Positions 51,604 through 63,468 of a DNA stretch of 64,000 nucleotides are shown piece by piece (the first letter of the stretch is position 1; every line of letters starts with the position of its first letter). The stretch lies in assembly GCF_039654945.1 (NCBI RefSeq), contig NW_027361690.1, positions 97,712,001 through 97,776,000 of the forward strand, written 5' to 3'. The position numbers were made by a program, and so were the translations under genes. The notes below the pieces were generated by a model. The model was not told the DNA's origin, did not search any database, and was given only the letters and a program-made list of their open reading frames with translations. Source of the stretch: Dendrobates tinctorius. Taxonomy: Eukaryota.

Positions 51604-51678
51604 GAGAAAGCTTAGTGCATAAAATGGCCAATTTATGTGTACCTGGAAGCCACGAAAAGGCGTTTCTCGTTTTCCAGG
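51604..51678 (-). ncRNA. Putative HDV-like ribozyme (copy B2)
   Basis: P1 CCUGGAA/UUCCAGG, P2 GAGAAA/UUUCUC, P3 GCC/GGC, L3 UUUUCGU, P4 CAUAAA..UUUAUG, J4/2 CUAA. Confidence 0.65.
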
Positions 51679-52714
51679 ACCCTAACCTGTTGTTGGCGAC
51701 AGCAGAACAAAGTGTAGGTTCTGGAGTGGCCATCTCAGTCTCCTAACATCAATATCATTGAGCCTCTCTGGGAAGATCTCAAGCGCGCAGTTCATGCTAG
51801 ACGGCCCAGAAATTTACAGGAACTGGAGGCTTTTTGCCAAGAAGAGTGGGAAAATAAAGAACCTCATCCACAACTACCACAAAAGACTGCAACAAAGGGG
51901 GAGTAATATTCCTGATAAAATTGATAACAAATTTTATTGAAAATGATAATACATATAAAAACGAGTACCAATAATAAGTCGTATATGAGGACAAGATCAG
52001 AAAAGAGGCTCAGTGGGAACAAATGAAACCAACACCCTCCATACAAGAGGTAGAGTGGCTATCATAAGTGATATCTGGACATCCTTCATACCCTCTAGGT
52101 ATGGCTCTATGATGATTTATGTGACTATGGTTTTTGCTTTAGTATTATTGTTCACAAAAGACTTCAAGCTGTCATTGATGTTAGAGGGGGCAATACACGG
52201 CATTAAGGAATGGGGTATGTGAACTTTTGATCAGGGTCATTTGTATGTTTTGGGTTGTCATTCTGATTTAAAAAAGAAAACACAGTAGTTTGACAATAAA
52301 TGGCTTCACCCAACCACTAAACATGAGTGGAGAAAAAGTTTTGGTGTTATCATTAATATTCTCTGGAAAAAGGCCACGAAAGCAAAAATTCTTCCGGGGT
52401 ATGTAAACTTCTGAGCACAGCTGTATGCCTTAGCTTTGACTGCACGTAGTTTCTGCAACCACTGAGATATATACATCCAGCAATGGCCAGAGTCTGTTCT
52501 CTCAATAGGGACTTCATGCAAAAAAAAAAAAAATCTTATATTTTTTTTTTTTTTTTTGCAGTCACCTGCTATAAATCAATGCCCAGTCTAATGTACTTTG
52601 CTATACAGTTAGAGGGCAGTCTTGCACCGCTCACTACCACATCACCACAGATGTCACATCTATGGCGAGAAGATCTCTGTTCAATGGAAGTCTTCAACTG
52701 TCTGCTATGGTTTT

Positions 52715-52800
52715 AGTGAATCCTGCATAGAGCAGGGGCTTGGACATGATGACCCTGGAGGTCCCCTCCAACTCTTAATTAACATTCTATCATTCTATGT
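52715..52800 (+). mobile_element. CR1-type 3' terminal fragment
   Basis: GAGCAGGGGCTTGGAC..GATGACCCTGGAGGTCCC.TCCAACTCT followed by ATTCTATCATTCTATG tail. Confidence 0.7.
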
Positions 52801-55800
52801 CCTGCTAGGTAGCTGTAGACAAGATGTCACCTGTCCTGCTCAACTAGTTAGAAAGTGAGCAGAACTGAACTAACCCTTTAAATATACTGTATGAAGATGC
52901 ATATCGGCCAGATGTAAGGCAAAGAAAACCTGTGCCGAGATAATTTTATAAATGTACTGTCCGTGCATGAACATGGTCTGCTCACAGCAAAATTCCTAGG
53001 AAGGGGAAGAAAAAGTATACAGACAGGATAGCATTGTATCGTAGCTGACTGATTCTTTTTGTGAGGCAAAACATCAGTGTTTTACTTCAAAGAAAGAATC
53101 ATTTGTGATCCCGTGCTTTATTGTCTGTACACTCCCCACTGCCGCCCAGGAGCTGTGGTATGATCAGACCATGTTCCTGCATGGTCAGACACAGCCATTA
53201 CACAATACACAGCAGGGGCACATTTATAAGATTATCTCAGCACGAACATTTTTTTTTTTTAACACAGCCAAGTGTGGAAATTATTATTATTCCAAAATCT
53301 ATTGATTAAAATGAACTTTTCTTTCTGGGAAAACCCTTTAAAGGTTTTACCTCCTGTCTTTCAATGTGATTTTTGATGTCTACTTTTTTTTTTTTTTTAT
53401 AAAGTCCATCAATATGATCATGGAAATGAAAGAAATTAGCCTAAATAAATAAGTGTTAAATGTTTATCCTCATTGTATAAAGTGATGGCATATGACCAGC
53501 ATATGCTCTGAGACCACCATCTTGAAAAAGAACGGGGCTGCGGCAGTGTTGTGATGTTGGGACACATTGGCCGGTTTCAGGTGACCTCTACAGGAAAGTC
53601 CCAGAGAAATTTCGCGGAGGATGCAGTATTCCACCAGTGCTGCGGCCTCTTAACTCTCTGGATTGGGCGAATTGTGGCCTCTTCATGTTAATTTGTAATG
53701 AGATAAACAAAAAGGTCCTAAGAAAAGAACTTGGACGTTAGTTGAAGTGGTTTTCAAGGCAGACTCTTCTGCGGAAGCAAAAAAAGCACAAGCACCCATA
53801 AAGAGTCGTCGGATGGAGCAGTCACAAGCATCTAATGCTAGCGCGCGACTGAAGCAAGCAATGGTTGCTGCTGTTTAACCACTTAGATGCCAATGAATTC
53901 TGTAGCAATAATGTGGTCCCATTTGAGAGTGGATCACTTCTTTGCACATCACTGGCCCTCTCCCTGTAAGACCATTTGCAAGGCACAGATGGGTTACTAT
54001 GGCAGGGTCTCTGATGCCCCAGCCAAATCCTGTGGACATACCATAAATGTCTGAGATGGCAATAACCCTTTAAGGCGGGGACTTGGCAGCAATCCGTGCA
54101 CTTTGTGGTTGTGGGAAATCTGTTTCATTCACAGGCGTATTGGATTGCTGACCTATGAAATTTCTTGAATATACAAAAAAGAGATTGAACCCATACATTG
54201 AATGAGTAACCAGATCTAACAGTATGATCTATGAAAATCAGGTATACATCCCGTGACCGTGGTGAGGATGGGGTACTGGCAAATCCATCCCAGAATGAGT
54301 CTTTAATGGGAATCTGTCATCTGATTCATGCAGCGTATACCACAGGCACCCTGAATCCGAGGCAAACTGCGGCATTCCAGCTGTGTATGTTTCTGGCAGG
54401 GGCTACACACTGACATTGCAACCATAGTGTTGCATTGCGGCATGGCATCTAATGAGCTGTGCTGCCCCATTGTGACTATGGCAGAGTTGCAAATATTTAG
54501 GAATGAGTTGGATCCTCTACCAGAAGTGGCTTGCTGGTGTAGACTTCAGTGCAAGTGGCACGCGACTTATCTGTTTTATTTTACAGCAAAAACAGCTCTA
54601 AAATAGTTGTGTGACAGTAAATGTGCAAATGTTTTTTGTCGCTTGACTTTTTAAAAAAAATTTCTCCTGGGTGACAAATGTTCCTTTGCTAGCCCTAGCC
54701 TTACCCTTAACACTGCAGCCAGCTGGGGTTATGCAGTCTGAGGCAGCCCCTCGCAGCCTGCTCCTATTGACTGACAGGTTATTCCCTAAGCACAGAGAGA
54801 CCTGTCACTCAAGGGGGTCAGCAATGGGGGAAAAGCCGCTTGCTGTCAATCCCAGTGCTGGGGGCAGGGGGGAGAGGATGAAACTGAATACTGATGAAGA
54901 ACAAGCCAGTACCGCCCAAATTGTGATTGACATAATACTCGGATAAACATTTATTTACATGGAACCTGTCTAGTCCCATAACCACTGGGAAGAAAAAAAC
55001 ATTTACTTATAGCAGTGACTCATGTCAGTGAGCCAGGACTAGACAAGTGCCTGCCCCTGGACTAGTCCTCTAATCATGCTCCCCTTCCATACAACCTATA
55101 ATCTGCTGAACATGTTGTGCTGTCAGATGACACTCCTGTGATCCTACCGTTAAATTGGGTGTGATATCCGTTCCATTTCATGGTAGGGCTACTGCCACTT
55201 TCTGCACAAGATTTCCAGCAATCCGGTCGTGAAGCACATTGTATGGAATATTGCAATGCCGGGGGGACAGGATGAGAGGATTGTAGCGAGGACTAGTCTG
55301 GGGCACACTGCGTCCTACCGGACTAGTCCTGGCTCATATGATGAGCTGCAGAGTAGAAGTGCTTTTATAAAGCAGAAATGCTACACTGGAACCTCAAAGG
55401 TATTAAACTAGGGCTAAATGACGACTTTGGCCCGGTCACGGTAAAGATCGCTCTGTTCAGCTGCTATATCGCTGCGTGATGCAGGCGGAAGGGGTCATTC
55501 TAGGGGCTTTGCGACCCTTAGCGTGGCGTGCTCTGGCCACAACAAGCAAGTTGGTAAAAGTTGGAAATCAGTTTGATTTTTTCACACTTGCTTGTCACGG
55601 TAGCTAAAGGGATCACATGCAACCCCCAGTCACTTGCATTATGCAGTGATGTAGCAGCAATCTTTGGCTGTACGACTTGTGGTGCCAAAGTCACCAAGTC
55701 GCCACAGAATTGTAATGCTGATCTGAACACGTGTGTGGAAATATAGATAGATAATGTACCGATTCCTGGGGGTCTGACATCTACTGTATGAACTACTACT

Positions 55801-57849
55801 GTTCCATTCAGTCAGTAAGACCGCTGGAAATGGCCGAGTGCTGCACTCCACTGGCCTTCAGGACTCCCATTAAGAATGAATGAAACAGCATTGATCCTGA
55901 TTGACCATAGCTCCACTCACACAAGAGTGAGCCCCGGTCTTCAGGATCGGTGGGGGTCCCAGCAGTTGGACTCCCAGAGATCGGGAAGTTATTCTCTATC
56001 CCATGGATATGAGATACTTTCCAGACTTGAAAATACCCCTTCATTGAATCTTACACTGTAGGATAACAGGTTGGCATGGTTCTAGTGACCTGTTCCTCTT
56101 ATGCTTATTAGCAATAACTACGTTAAAAACTATAAGCCAGAAAGCAAAACCTATTTTGGATCTGATGCAATGACATTTCTGTCCTTCATTACAGGTAAAT
56201 CGTCAGCTTTGAGCTTTCCTTGAACGTGGATATAACTGGGCTGCACCCAGGGTCTGAGCAGACTGCACTGCAGACAAAGCTGCTGTCAAATTTGGGATAA
56301 GTCTTTGAACTTTGCTCTCAGGAATGGGCTGAGTCATCCTGACCCTGGTTTTCATTAGTGACATCCCGGTGGGTGTAGTAGTTCCTCTAGGCAGGATTGG
56401 TTAGTGAGGAGGAGGAAGTGTACAAGGCCTGAGCCTCCCCTCTCCTGACACATCTGGAGCTGAGGATCACACACAATCTGGGGCCACTCTCCTGTCTCTG
56501 CTCACAATGTCCTTCATCCCTGTAGACCCAGACTCCGATTTTCCTATCCAGAATTTGCCGTATGGGATTTTCTCTACAGAAGATGAGGTTGGTACTGTTG
56601 TTGTACAATGATGAGGTTTATTCTCTATAAGTTTTTGCAGATTTTCAGAAGTTTGCTGCGATCATACATGAAACTGGAGAATGTGCTTGGATTGTTTCAG
56701 TTCTTCGGGTAAGAAAACTGTTCTTGTTATGCGACCTCATTAACCCAAGAGAACCAATAATAACAAAAGCTAGCCATCCGGGAGTGACATTACTAATGGC
56801 CACGCTCAGTATTGTAGCCTAAACCAGGAGTGGGAGATACAGAAGCTGTGACGGGTTTCTATTACACTTATCCTCTGACTGTTCCTCTCCTGGTTTTGGC
56901 TTACAAATACTGAGGTAAAAAATTCACCAAATACTGAGGTAAAATACTGAATGTGAACGTGGCCTTAGACTGGCCATAGTGCCTGTTCGGCTATGTGCAT
57001 ACGTTGCGTATTTGTAGCAGAATTTTCTACACCAAAAAAGCCAAAGTATTTGTAGGAAAACCGCTGCCATTTTACATGCGTTTTGGTTGTTTTTACTTTC
57101 ATTTGAATGGTTGAAAAATGCTGAAAGAATTAACATGCTGCAGATTTGGAGAAAGGAAAAACAATTATTGTTAAAATCCTCAAGGAAGAATTAAGCAGCG
57201 TGTGCATGAGCGTTCAGAAATCTCACTTAGTCTGCTGGTACTATAAAATGCGGCATTTTGAATATAGGTTATAGTATGCCTGAATGGCAGGTCATACACT
57301 GCTGACTGGACGCAGGGAGGCTGCTGCAGGGAGTACTTTGTCCTAAACTTTCACTTGCTGAAGGACTCTGCCGCACATATAAGCTATAATCAGCTGAAAT
57401 GGACGACTTTGATCAATTAGTCGATTGTTGTGTGGAACTCTTACAAGAAGACAGATGCGATCTTTTGGGGTAGGGCTTTTCAGCTGGTGATGGCTGAAGA
57501 TATCAGTGTTTTGCACGATAAGTGGGAAATTGCCAGAATTTGTCAGGTTAGGAGAAAGTCCACTGTGCTGTTTTTTTGCTTTTTTTTTTTCCAAAGGGAA
57601 CCTGTCACGTGAAGAAAAAAAAAGCAAAAACTCTATTAACCTGCAGGTATGGGGGTTAATCTGAAGGTCAATAGCATTCTGAATCTGTAGTGTGCGGTAT
57701 TCAATTACGGGGGTAATTTCGCCAGTCCTAATGCTGTGCTGGCTGTCAGTCAGTGCCGGGGTGCAGATACATCCGCCGCTCACTATACACAGAGCGATGA
57801 CTGAAACTGCGCCGCTGCCCTCCCCCCAGTTGTTGAATTCTAGCTCCAA

Positions 57850-58075
57850 CGTACCTGTTGGTATTCTGGTCAGCCGTAGCACATAATGACTGAAGAGTGG
57901 GCGTGGCTGTCTGACATTTGTGCGGCTCTCCATGACTTTGAGGACTTCACAAATATGGTGAGTGGTGATGATGCCATAATCAGCACAACAGTCGCTGCTC
58001 ACAATTAAACATGAGGCTATGCATGCGGACCAGGTGGAGATGGAGGAAGACACGAGATCGGGAGATACTGCTCAG
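57850..58075 (+). pseudogene. hAT (ZBED-like) transposase fragment
   Basis: Manual translation MTEEWAWLSDICAALHDFEDFTNMVSGDDAIISTTV resembles the hAT W..L..L..F...T..VS helix region. Confidence 0.6.
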
Positions 58076-58236
58076 CAGGGACAGGCTCACTCTGATAAAA
58101 AAATGAACAAAGCCTGGATTAGCCCCAGTTTTTTTTTTTTTTTTTTTTTTTCACAGATGACAGCAGCACATAAAGTGTTTTTAATGTTCAATATTTGAAT
58201 GAGACCCTCCAGTTGTTGCCTCAAAGGGTGTATGTG

Positions 58237-59229
58237 TTAAAGGGAATCTGTCACCTACTTTTGGCGGGCTATTTAAATGAGGTCGGTCCGATCCCATGGG
58301 CGGTGTTTCCGATCTTGGCCTCCGTCTGCAGTTTTTTCATGAATAGGAGTAGGCGTCTGCCATTTTTCGAGCGTGCGCTAAGCATTCTTGGCTCGCGCGC
58401 ACACACAGTATACTATTGTCCAACTGCGGGCAAAGCCGAAAAGCCTTACTGCGCATGCGCTGGTTAACTAGGCTCCGGAACACAGCAAAATACTTCCGGG
58501 GCTTAGTTAACCGACACATGCGCAGTCAGGCCGGTTTCACATTAGCGCTTTTTCAGCGCACGCACGGCCGGGGGTAGCTCCGCCCCCGAGCCGGCTCTCT
58601 GCCCGGCGTGCCCGCCCCTTGCTTGTAGCGCCGCCTACTAGCGGACAGCGGCGCCTGCGATCGGGGCACCCTATCTTTAGCATAGGGTGCGCAGATCGTG
58701 CGCTAGTTGCGCTTTGACCTGCGCTGCGCACTTTTGACGGTGCGTCGTGCGCGCCAAAATCAAACTTTTCGGATTTTGGCGCGCACGGCGCACCGTCAAA
58801 AGTGCGCAGCGCAGGTCAAAGCGCAACTAGCGCACGGCCTGCGCACGATCTGCGCACCCTATGCTAAAGATAGGGTGCGCCGATCGCAGGCGCCGCTGTC
58901 CGCTAGTAGGCGGCGCTACAAGCAAGGGGCGGGCACGCCGGGCAGAGAGCCGGCTCGGGGGCGGAGCTACCCCCGGCCGTGCGTGCGCTGAAAAAGCGCT
59001 AATGTGAAACCGGCCTTAGGCTTTTCGGCTTTGCCCGCAGTTGGGCAAAGCATACTGCGTGAGCCAAGAATGATTAGCGCACGCGCGAAAAATGGCGGAC
59101 ACCTACTCCTATTCATGAAAAGACAGCGGCCAAGGATGGGGAGGAGGCAAAGATCGGAAACATCGCCCATCGGACCAGACCAACCTCATTTAAATAGCCC
59201 GCCAAAAGTAGGTGACAGATTCCCTTTAA
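58237..59229. mobile_element. TTAA-flanked MITE (AGGGAATCTGTCACC TIR) containing a nested near-perfect palindromic MITE (58529-59015)
   Basis: TTAAAGGGAATCTGTCACCTACTTTTGGCGGGC ... GCCCGCCAAAAGTAGGTGACAGATTCCCTTTAA; inner GGCCGGTTTCACATTAGCG ... CGCTAATGTGAAACCGGCC. Confidence 0.85.
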
Positions 59230-59480
59230 AGAGAGGTTCGTTGGATGCAGTGAAGGGCTGGAGGCAGGGAAGGGGTTAACAGGATTTACAAAACAGGTAG
59301 TTAAACAAGGGAGGCAAGACTAGTAACAGCAATGATGGGAATTGCACACAAACACAATGCACGAGGGAAAGATATACAAAAAACAATGTAACTTATCGCT
59401 TGCGGCTCTTGCAGAGGAGGAAAGGCTGGAAAATCTCCCGACGGCGTCGCAAATCGTGGACAAAGTCTCTGGCTCTGTTA

Positions 59481-59964
59481 GGCCTGTTTCACACATCAGT
59501 TTTTGTCCATCAGTCAAGATCCGCCGTTTTGCAAAAAAAAACGGATCCGCCATTTTGCTTGGCGGATCCGTTTTTTTTTCCCATTGAGTTGCATTAGCGG
59601 CGGATCTTGATGGATGGCCATCCGTTTTTTGTCGGATCCGCCAAAATTTTGACGTCCGCCGACATGCCCGAGCGGAGCATGTAACGTTTTTTCGGGTGGC
59701 AGGATCCGCACTTCTCACTGCGCATGCCTGAAATACTTCACTGAGCCTGAAATTTAACCCTCAAGTCTGTTCTGGCGGCTGGAAAAAAATTCTCTTTCTC
59801 TCTCAAAATCCGGGCTACGGTTCCTTTAAAATTCTTCATTCATCGGATCCGTCAAAAAAAAAACGGTCCGGTGGCATCCGTTCACATCAGTTTAGCAACG
59901 GATCCGCTTTCCGCCATTTTGGCGGATTTTAACTGACACAAAAAACTGAAGTGTGAAACAGGCC
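59481..59964. mobile_element. Harbinger-like MITE
   Basis: TTA|GGCCTGTTTCACAC ... GTGTGAAACAGGCC|TTA, with many internal GGATCC-centred inverted repeats. Confidence 0.82.
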
Positions 59965-60481
59965 TTACAGAGGTACGAGAAGCACTGTCTCCCGATGGTG
60001 CTCATGAATCCAGTCCTGCTTGGCTTGAGTGCGCTGGAACGTGTAAGCAGTCCTTTTTGTAGATTCCTCAGGGATAGCGCTGCACAAGAACTGTGGGCAC
60101 GCTCACAGACCGCGGCAGTGGGCGGTCCTCTGGAGTAGTCTCTAGGAATGGAGTGAGTCAGCTTATCTGCAACTGTAGGCAGGGAAGAGTTGTCCAAAGA
60201 GGCAGAGTCAGGAGTCAACTCAGTCGTGACACAGTCAACTTTTAATTATAGAAGGATAGGGAAAATGAAGGGAGGTCAGCTCACCAGTCTCGGTTGCGAT
60301 GCATAATCCTCCTGCGCACGGAGTCACCTTGATCAGGGGTGTTGACTGAAGCAAAATATAGGATGGAATCTCCAGCGCTGGACTTCAGTTAAAAATACAT
60401 CATTTATTGTAAATTCTTAAAATCGAACAGAAAAAAGTGTGGATAAGGACATACAGGCAGATGGGGTCTCTGGTGGTCTCC

Positions 60482-60520
60482 AACTAACGCGTTTCGACCT
60501 AGAGGGTCTTACTCATGGTT
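60482..60520 (-). ncRNA. Minimal hammerhead motif, A3-U8 variant (mirror copy)
   Basis: Reverse complement AACCAUGAGUAAGACCCUCUAGGUCGAAACGCGUUAGUU, with one stem I mismatch. Confidence 0.68.
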
Positions 60521-61350
60521 CACACTAGACCAATACTGACGACTACAAATAGTACAAAAACTAGTAAATCACAGGTGTTGGACAAAAGAATTAATGAAAA
60601 TAGGGAGTATCCCTACCAGTTAACTCTTGCAAACACTCAGCCTAATGTGGAGCTGAAACAAAAACTAGTCGGAAAAACAGGAAAAAAAAAAAAACTAATA
60701 AAAAGATATCATAAGAATATAATAACAATCACAAAAATTATCAGAATAACCAGAATTGAATAGGACTAAGTAGAATGTAAATATACAGAAGAAAATATCA
60801 ATCTAATTGCAATATTAAATCAAGTGGTTTGTTCAGACCTAATGGTACTCTTGTATTTAATTTAAAAATCCAAAAGGATTCACGATTTAATAATTTTCTC
60901 CTGAAATCACCTCCCCTAGTAGATCTATAGACTTTCTCTATTGCTATAATTTTGAGACTATCAGTTTTACCTCCATGAACAGTTTTACAATGATAAGAAA
61001 CTGCTGAAATATTATAATTGCTACTAGTAGCTTCTGACAAGTGTTTCCTAATTCTCTTTTTAAGAGGTCCTATTGTACAGCCTACATATTGTAGGTTACA
61101 AAAAACGCATGTCATATAAAGGCTTTTCCAAATGTGGACATCATCCCTGTAAAGTCTGCAACTATGTGGTTAAAACCAGCAGATTCACTTCTACTGTTAC
61201 TGGCATATCATACCCTATTCAGTCTCACATAAATTGTAATTCAGAAGGAGTAATATATGTTATTGAATGCGTTTTTTATGTAGGCTGTACAATAGGACCT
61301 CTTAAAAAGAGAATTAGGAAACATTTGTCAGAAGCTACTAGTAGCAATTA

Positions 61351-62956
61351 CAGTGGGGAAAAAAAGTATTTAGTCAGTCAGCAATAGTGCAAGTTCCACC
61401 ACTTAAAAAGATGAGAGGCGTCTGTAATTTACATCATAGGTAGACCTCAACTATGGGAGACAAACTGAGAAAAAAAAATCCAGAAAATCACATTGTCTGT
61501 TTTTTTTTCATTTTATTTGCATATTATGGTGGAAAATAAGTATTTGGTCAGAAACAAAATTTCATCTCAATACTTTGTGATATATCCTTTGTTGGCAATG
61601 ACAGAGGTCAAACGTTTTCTGTAAGTCTTCACAAGGTTGCCACACACTGTTGTTGGTATGTTGGCCCATTCCTCCATGCAGATCTCCTCTAGAGCAGTGA
61701 TGTTTTTGGCTTTTCGCTTGGCAACACGGACTTTCAACTCCCTCCAAAGGTTTTCTATAGGGTTGAGATCTGGAGACTGGCTAGGCCACTCCAGGACCTT
61801 GAAATGCTTCTTACGAAGCCACTCCTTCGCTGCCCTGGCGGTGTGCTTTGGATCATTGTCATGTTGAAAGACCCAGCCACGTTTCATCTTCAATGCCCTT
61901 GCTGATGGATGGAGGTTTGCACTCAAAATCTCACGATACATGGCCCCATTCATTCTTTCATGTACCCGGATCAGTCGTCCTGGCCCCTTTGCAGAGAAAC
62001 AGCCCCAAAGCATGATGTTTCCACCACCATGCTTTACAGTAGGTATGGTGTTTGATGGATGCAACTCAGTATTCTTTTTCCTCCAAACACGACAAGCTGT
62101 GTTTCTACCAAACAGTTCCAGTTTGGTTTCATCAGACCATAGGACATTCTCCCAAAACTCCTCTGGATCATCCAAATGCTCTCTAGCAAACTTCAGATGG
62201 GCCCGGATATGTACAGGCTTAAGCAGTGGGACACGTCTGGCACTGCAGGATCGGAGTCCATGGTGGCGTAGTGTGTTACTTATGGTAGGCCTTGTTACAT
62301 TGGTCCCAGCTCTCTGCAGTTCATTCACTAGGTCCCCCCGCGTGGTTCTGGGATTTTTGCTCACCGTTCTTGTGATCATTCTGACCCCACGGGGTGGGAT
62401 TTTGCGTGGAGCACCAGATCGAGGGAGATTATCAGTGGTCTTGTATGTCTTCCATTTTCTAATTATTGCTCCCACAGTTGATTTCTTCACTCCAAGCTGG
62501 TTGGCTATTGCAGATTCAGTCTTCCCAGCCTGGTGCAGGGCTACAATTTTGTTTCTGGTGTCCTTTGACAGCTCTTTGGTCTTCACCATAGTGGAGTTTG
62601 GAGTCAGACTGTTTGAGGGTGTGCACAGATGTCTTTTTATGCTGATAACAAGTTTAAACAGGTGCCATTACTACAGGTAATGAGTGGAGGAAAGAGGAGA
62701 CTCTTAAAGAAGAAGTTACAGGTCTGTGAGAGCCAGAAATCTTGATTGCTTGTTTCTGACCAAATACTTATTTTCCACCATAATATGCAAATAAAATGAA
62801 AAAAAAAGACAATGTGATTTTCTGGATTTTTTTTTTTCTCAGTTTGTCTCCCATAGTTGAGGTCTACCTATGATGTAAATTACAGATGCCTCTCATCTTT
62901 TTAAGTGGTGGAACTTGCACTATTGCTGACTGACTAAATACTTTTTTTCCCCACTG
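61351..62956 (-). mobile_element. Full-length Tc1/mariner DNA transposon, apparently intact
   Basis: TA|CAGTGGGG...CCCCACTG|TA, with ~200-bp terminal inverted repeats and a complete transposase ORF. Confidence 0.97.
61567..62589 (-). CDS. Tc1 transposase, 340 aa, DD34E
   Basis: N-terminal paired-like HTH region and GAPRK linker, [25 protein letters not shown]; 34 residues between the second D and the E; no stop codons. Confidence 0.96.
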   Translation of the reverse strand: MVKTKELSKDTRNKIVALHQAGKTESAIANQLGVKKSTVGAIIRKWKTYKTTDNLPRSGAPRKIPPRGVRMITRTVSKNPRTTRGDLVNELQRAGTNVTRPTISNTLRHHGLRSCSARRVPLLKPVHIRAHLKFAREHLDDPEEFWENVLWSDETKLELFGRNTACRVWRKKNTELHPSNTIPTVKHGGGNIMLWGCFSAKGPGRLIRVHERMNGAMYREILSANLHPSARALKMKRGWVFQHDNDPKHTARAAKEWLRKKHFKVLEWPSQSPDLNPIENLWRELKVRVAKRKAKNITALEEICMEEWANIPTTVCGNLVKTYRKRLTSVIANKGYITKY

Positions 62957-63429
62957 TATAATATTTCAGCAGTTTCTTATCATTGTAAAACTGTTCATGG
63001 AGGTAAAACTGATAGTCTCAAAATTATAGCAATAGAGAAAGTCTATAGATCTACTAGGGGAGGTGATTTCAGGAGAAAATTATTAAATCGTGAATCCTTT
63101 TGGATTTTTAAATTAAATACAAGAGTACCATTAGGTCTGAACAAACGACTTGATTTAATATTGCAATTAGATTGATATTTTCTACTGAGTCCTATTCAAT
63201 TCTGGTTATTCTGATAATTTTTGTGATTGTTATTATATTCTTATATCTTTTTATTAGTTTTTTTTTTTCCTGTTTTTCCGACTAGTTTTTGTTTCAGCTC
63301 CACATTAGGCTGAGTGTTTGCAAGAGTTAACTGGTAGGGATACTCCCTATTTTCATTAATTCTTTTGTCCAACACCTGTGATTTACTAGTTTTTGTACTA
63401 TTTGTAGTCGTCAGTATTGGTCTAGTGTG

Positions 63430-63468
63430 AACCATGAGTAAGACCCTCTAGGTCGAAACGCGTTGGTT
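63430..63468 (+). ncRNA. Minimal hammerhead motif, A3-U8 variant
   Basis: Stem I AACC/GGUU, core AUGAGUA-A, stem II GACC/GGUC, GAAACGCGUU. Confidence 0.72.

Larger units (their letters stand above)
51114..51684 (-). mobile_element. Non-coding retro-insertion (~1.4 tandem units of ~400-410 bp) with 13-bp TSD
   Basis: ACCTGTCATTGGC (51101-51113) vs ACCTGTTGTTGGC (51685-51697); CACTCAAACAAAAAAG starts units at about 51113 and 51523; the insert splits a Tc1 relic between HDND and LEWP. Confidence 0.8.
50456..52423 (+). mobile_element. Degraded Tc1 element with nested insertions
   Basis: TA-flanked TIRs CAGTTGTGCTCAAAAGTTTACATA / TATGTAAACTTCTGAGCACAGCTG; fragments [25 protein letters not shown]; interrupted at 51114-51684 and about 51900-52180. 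Confidence 0.88.

Noticed and set aside
56440-56660. Possible terminal exon on the minus strand ([17 protein letters not shown]...APDCV*), and a search for FAH downstream of ZFAND6
   Set aside because: Weak acceptor and no recognisable protein; I found no FAH-like coding sequence in the window.
57343-58053. 236-aa minus-strand ORF
   Set aside because: Crosses a MITE and the antisense of a hAT fragment; mosaic with no coherent protein signal.
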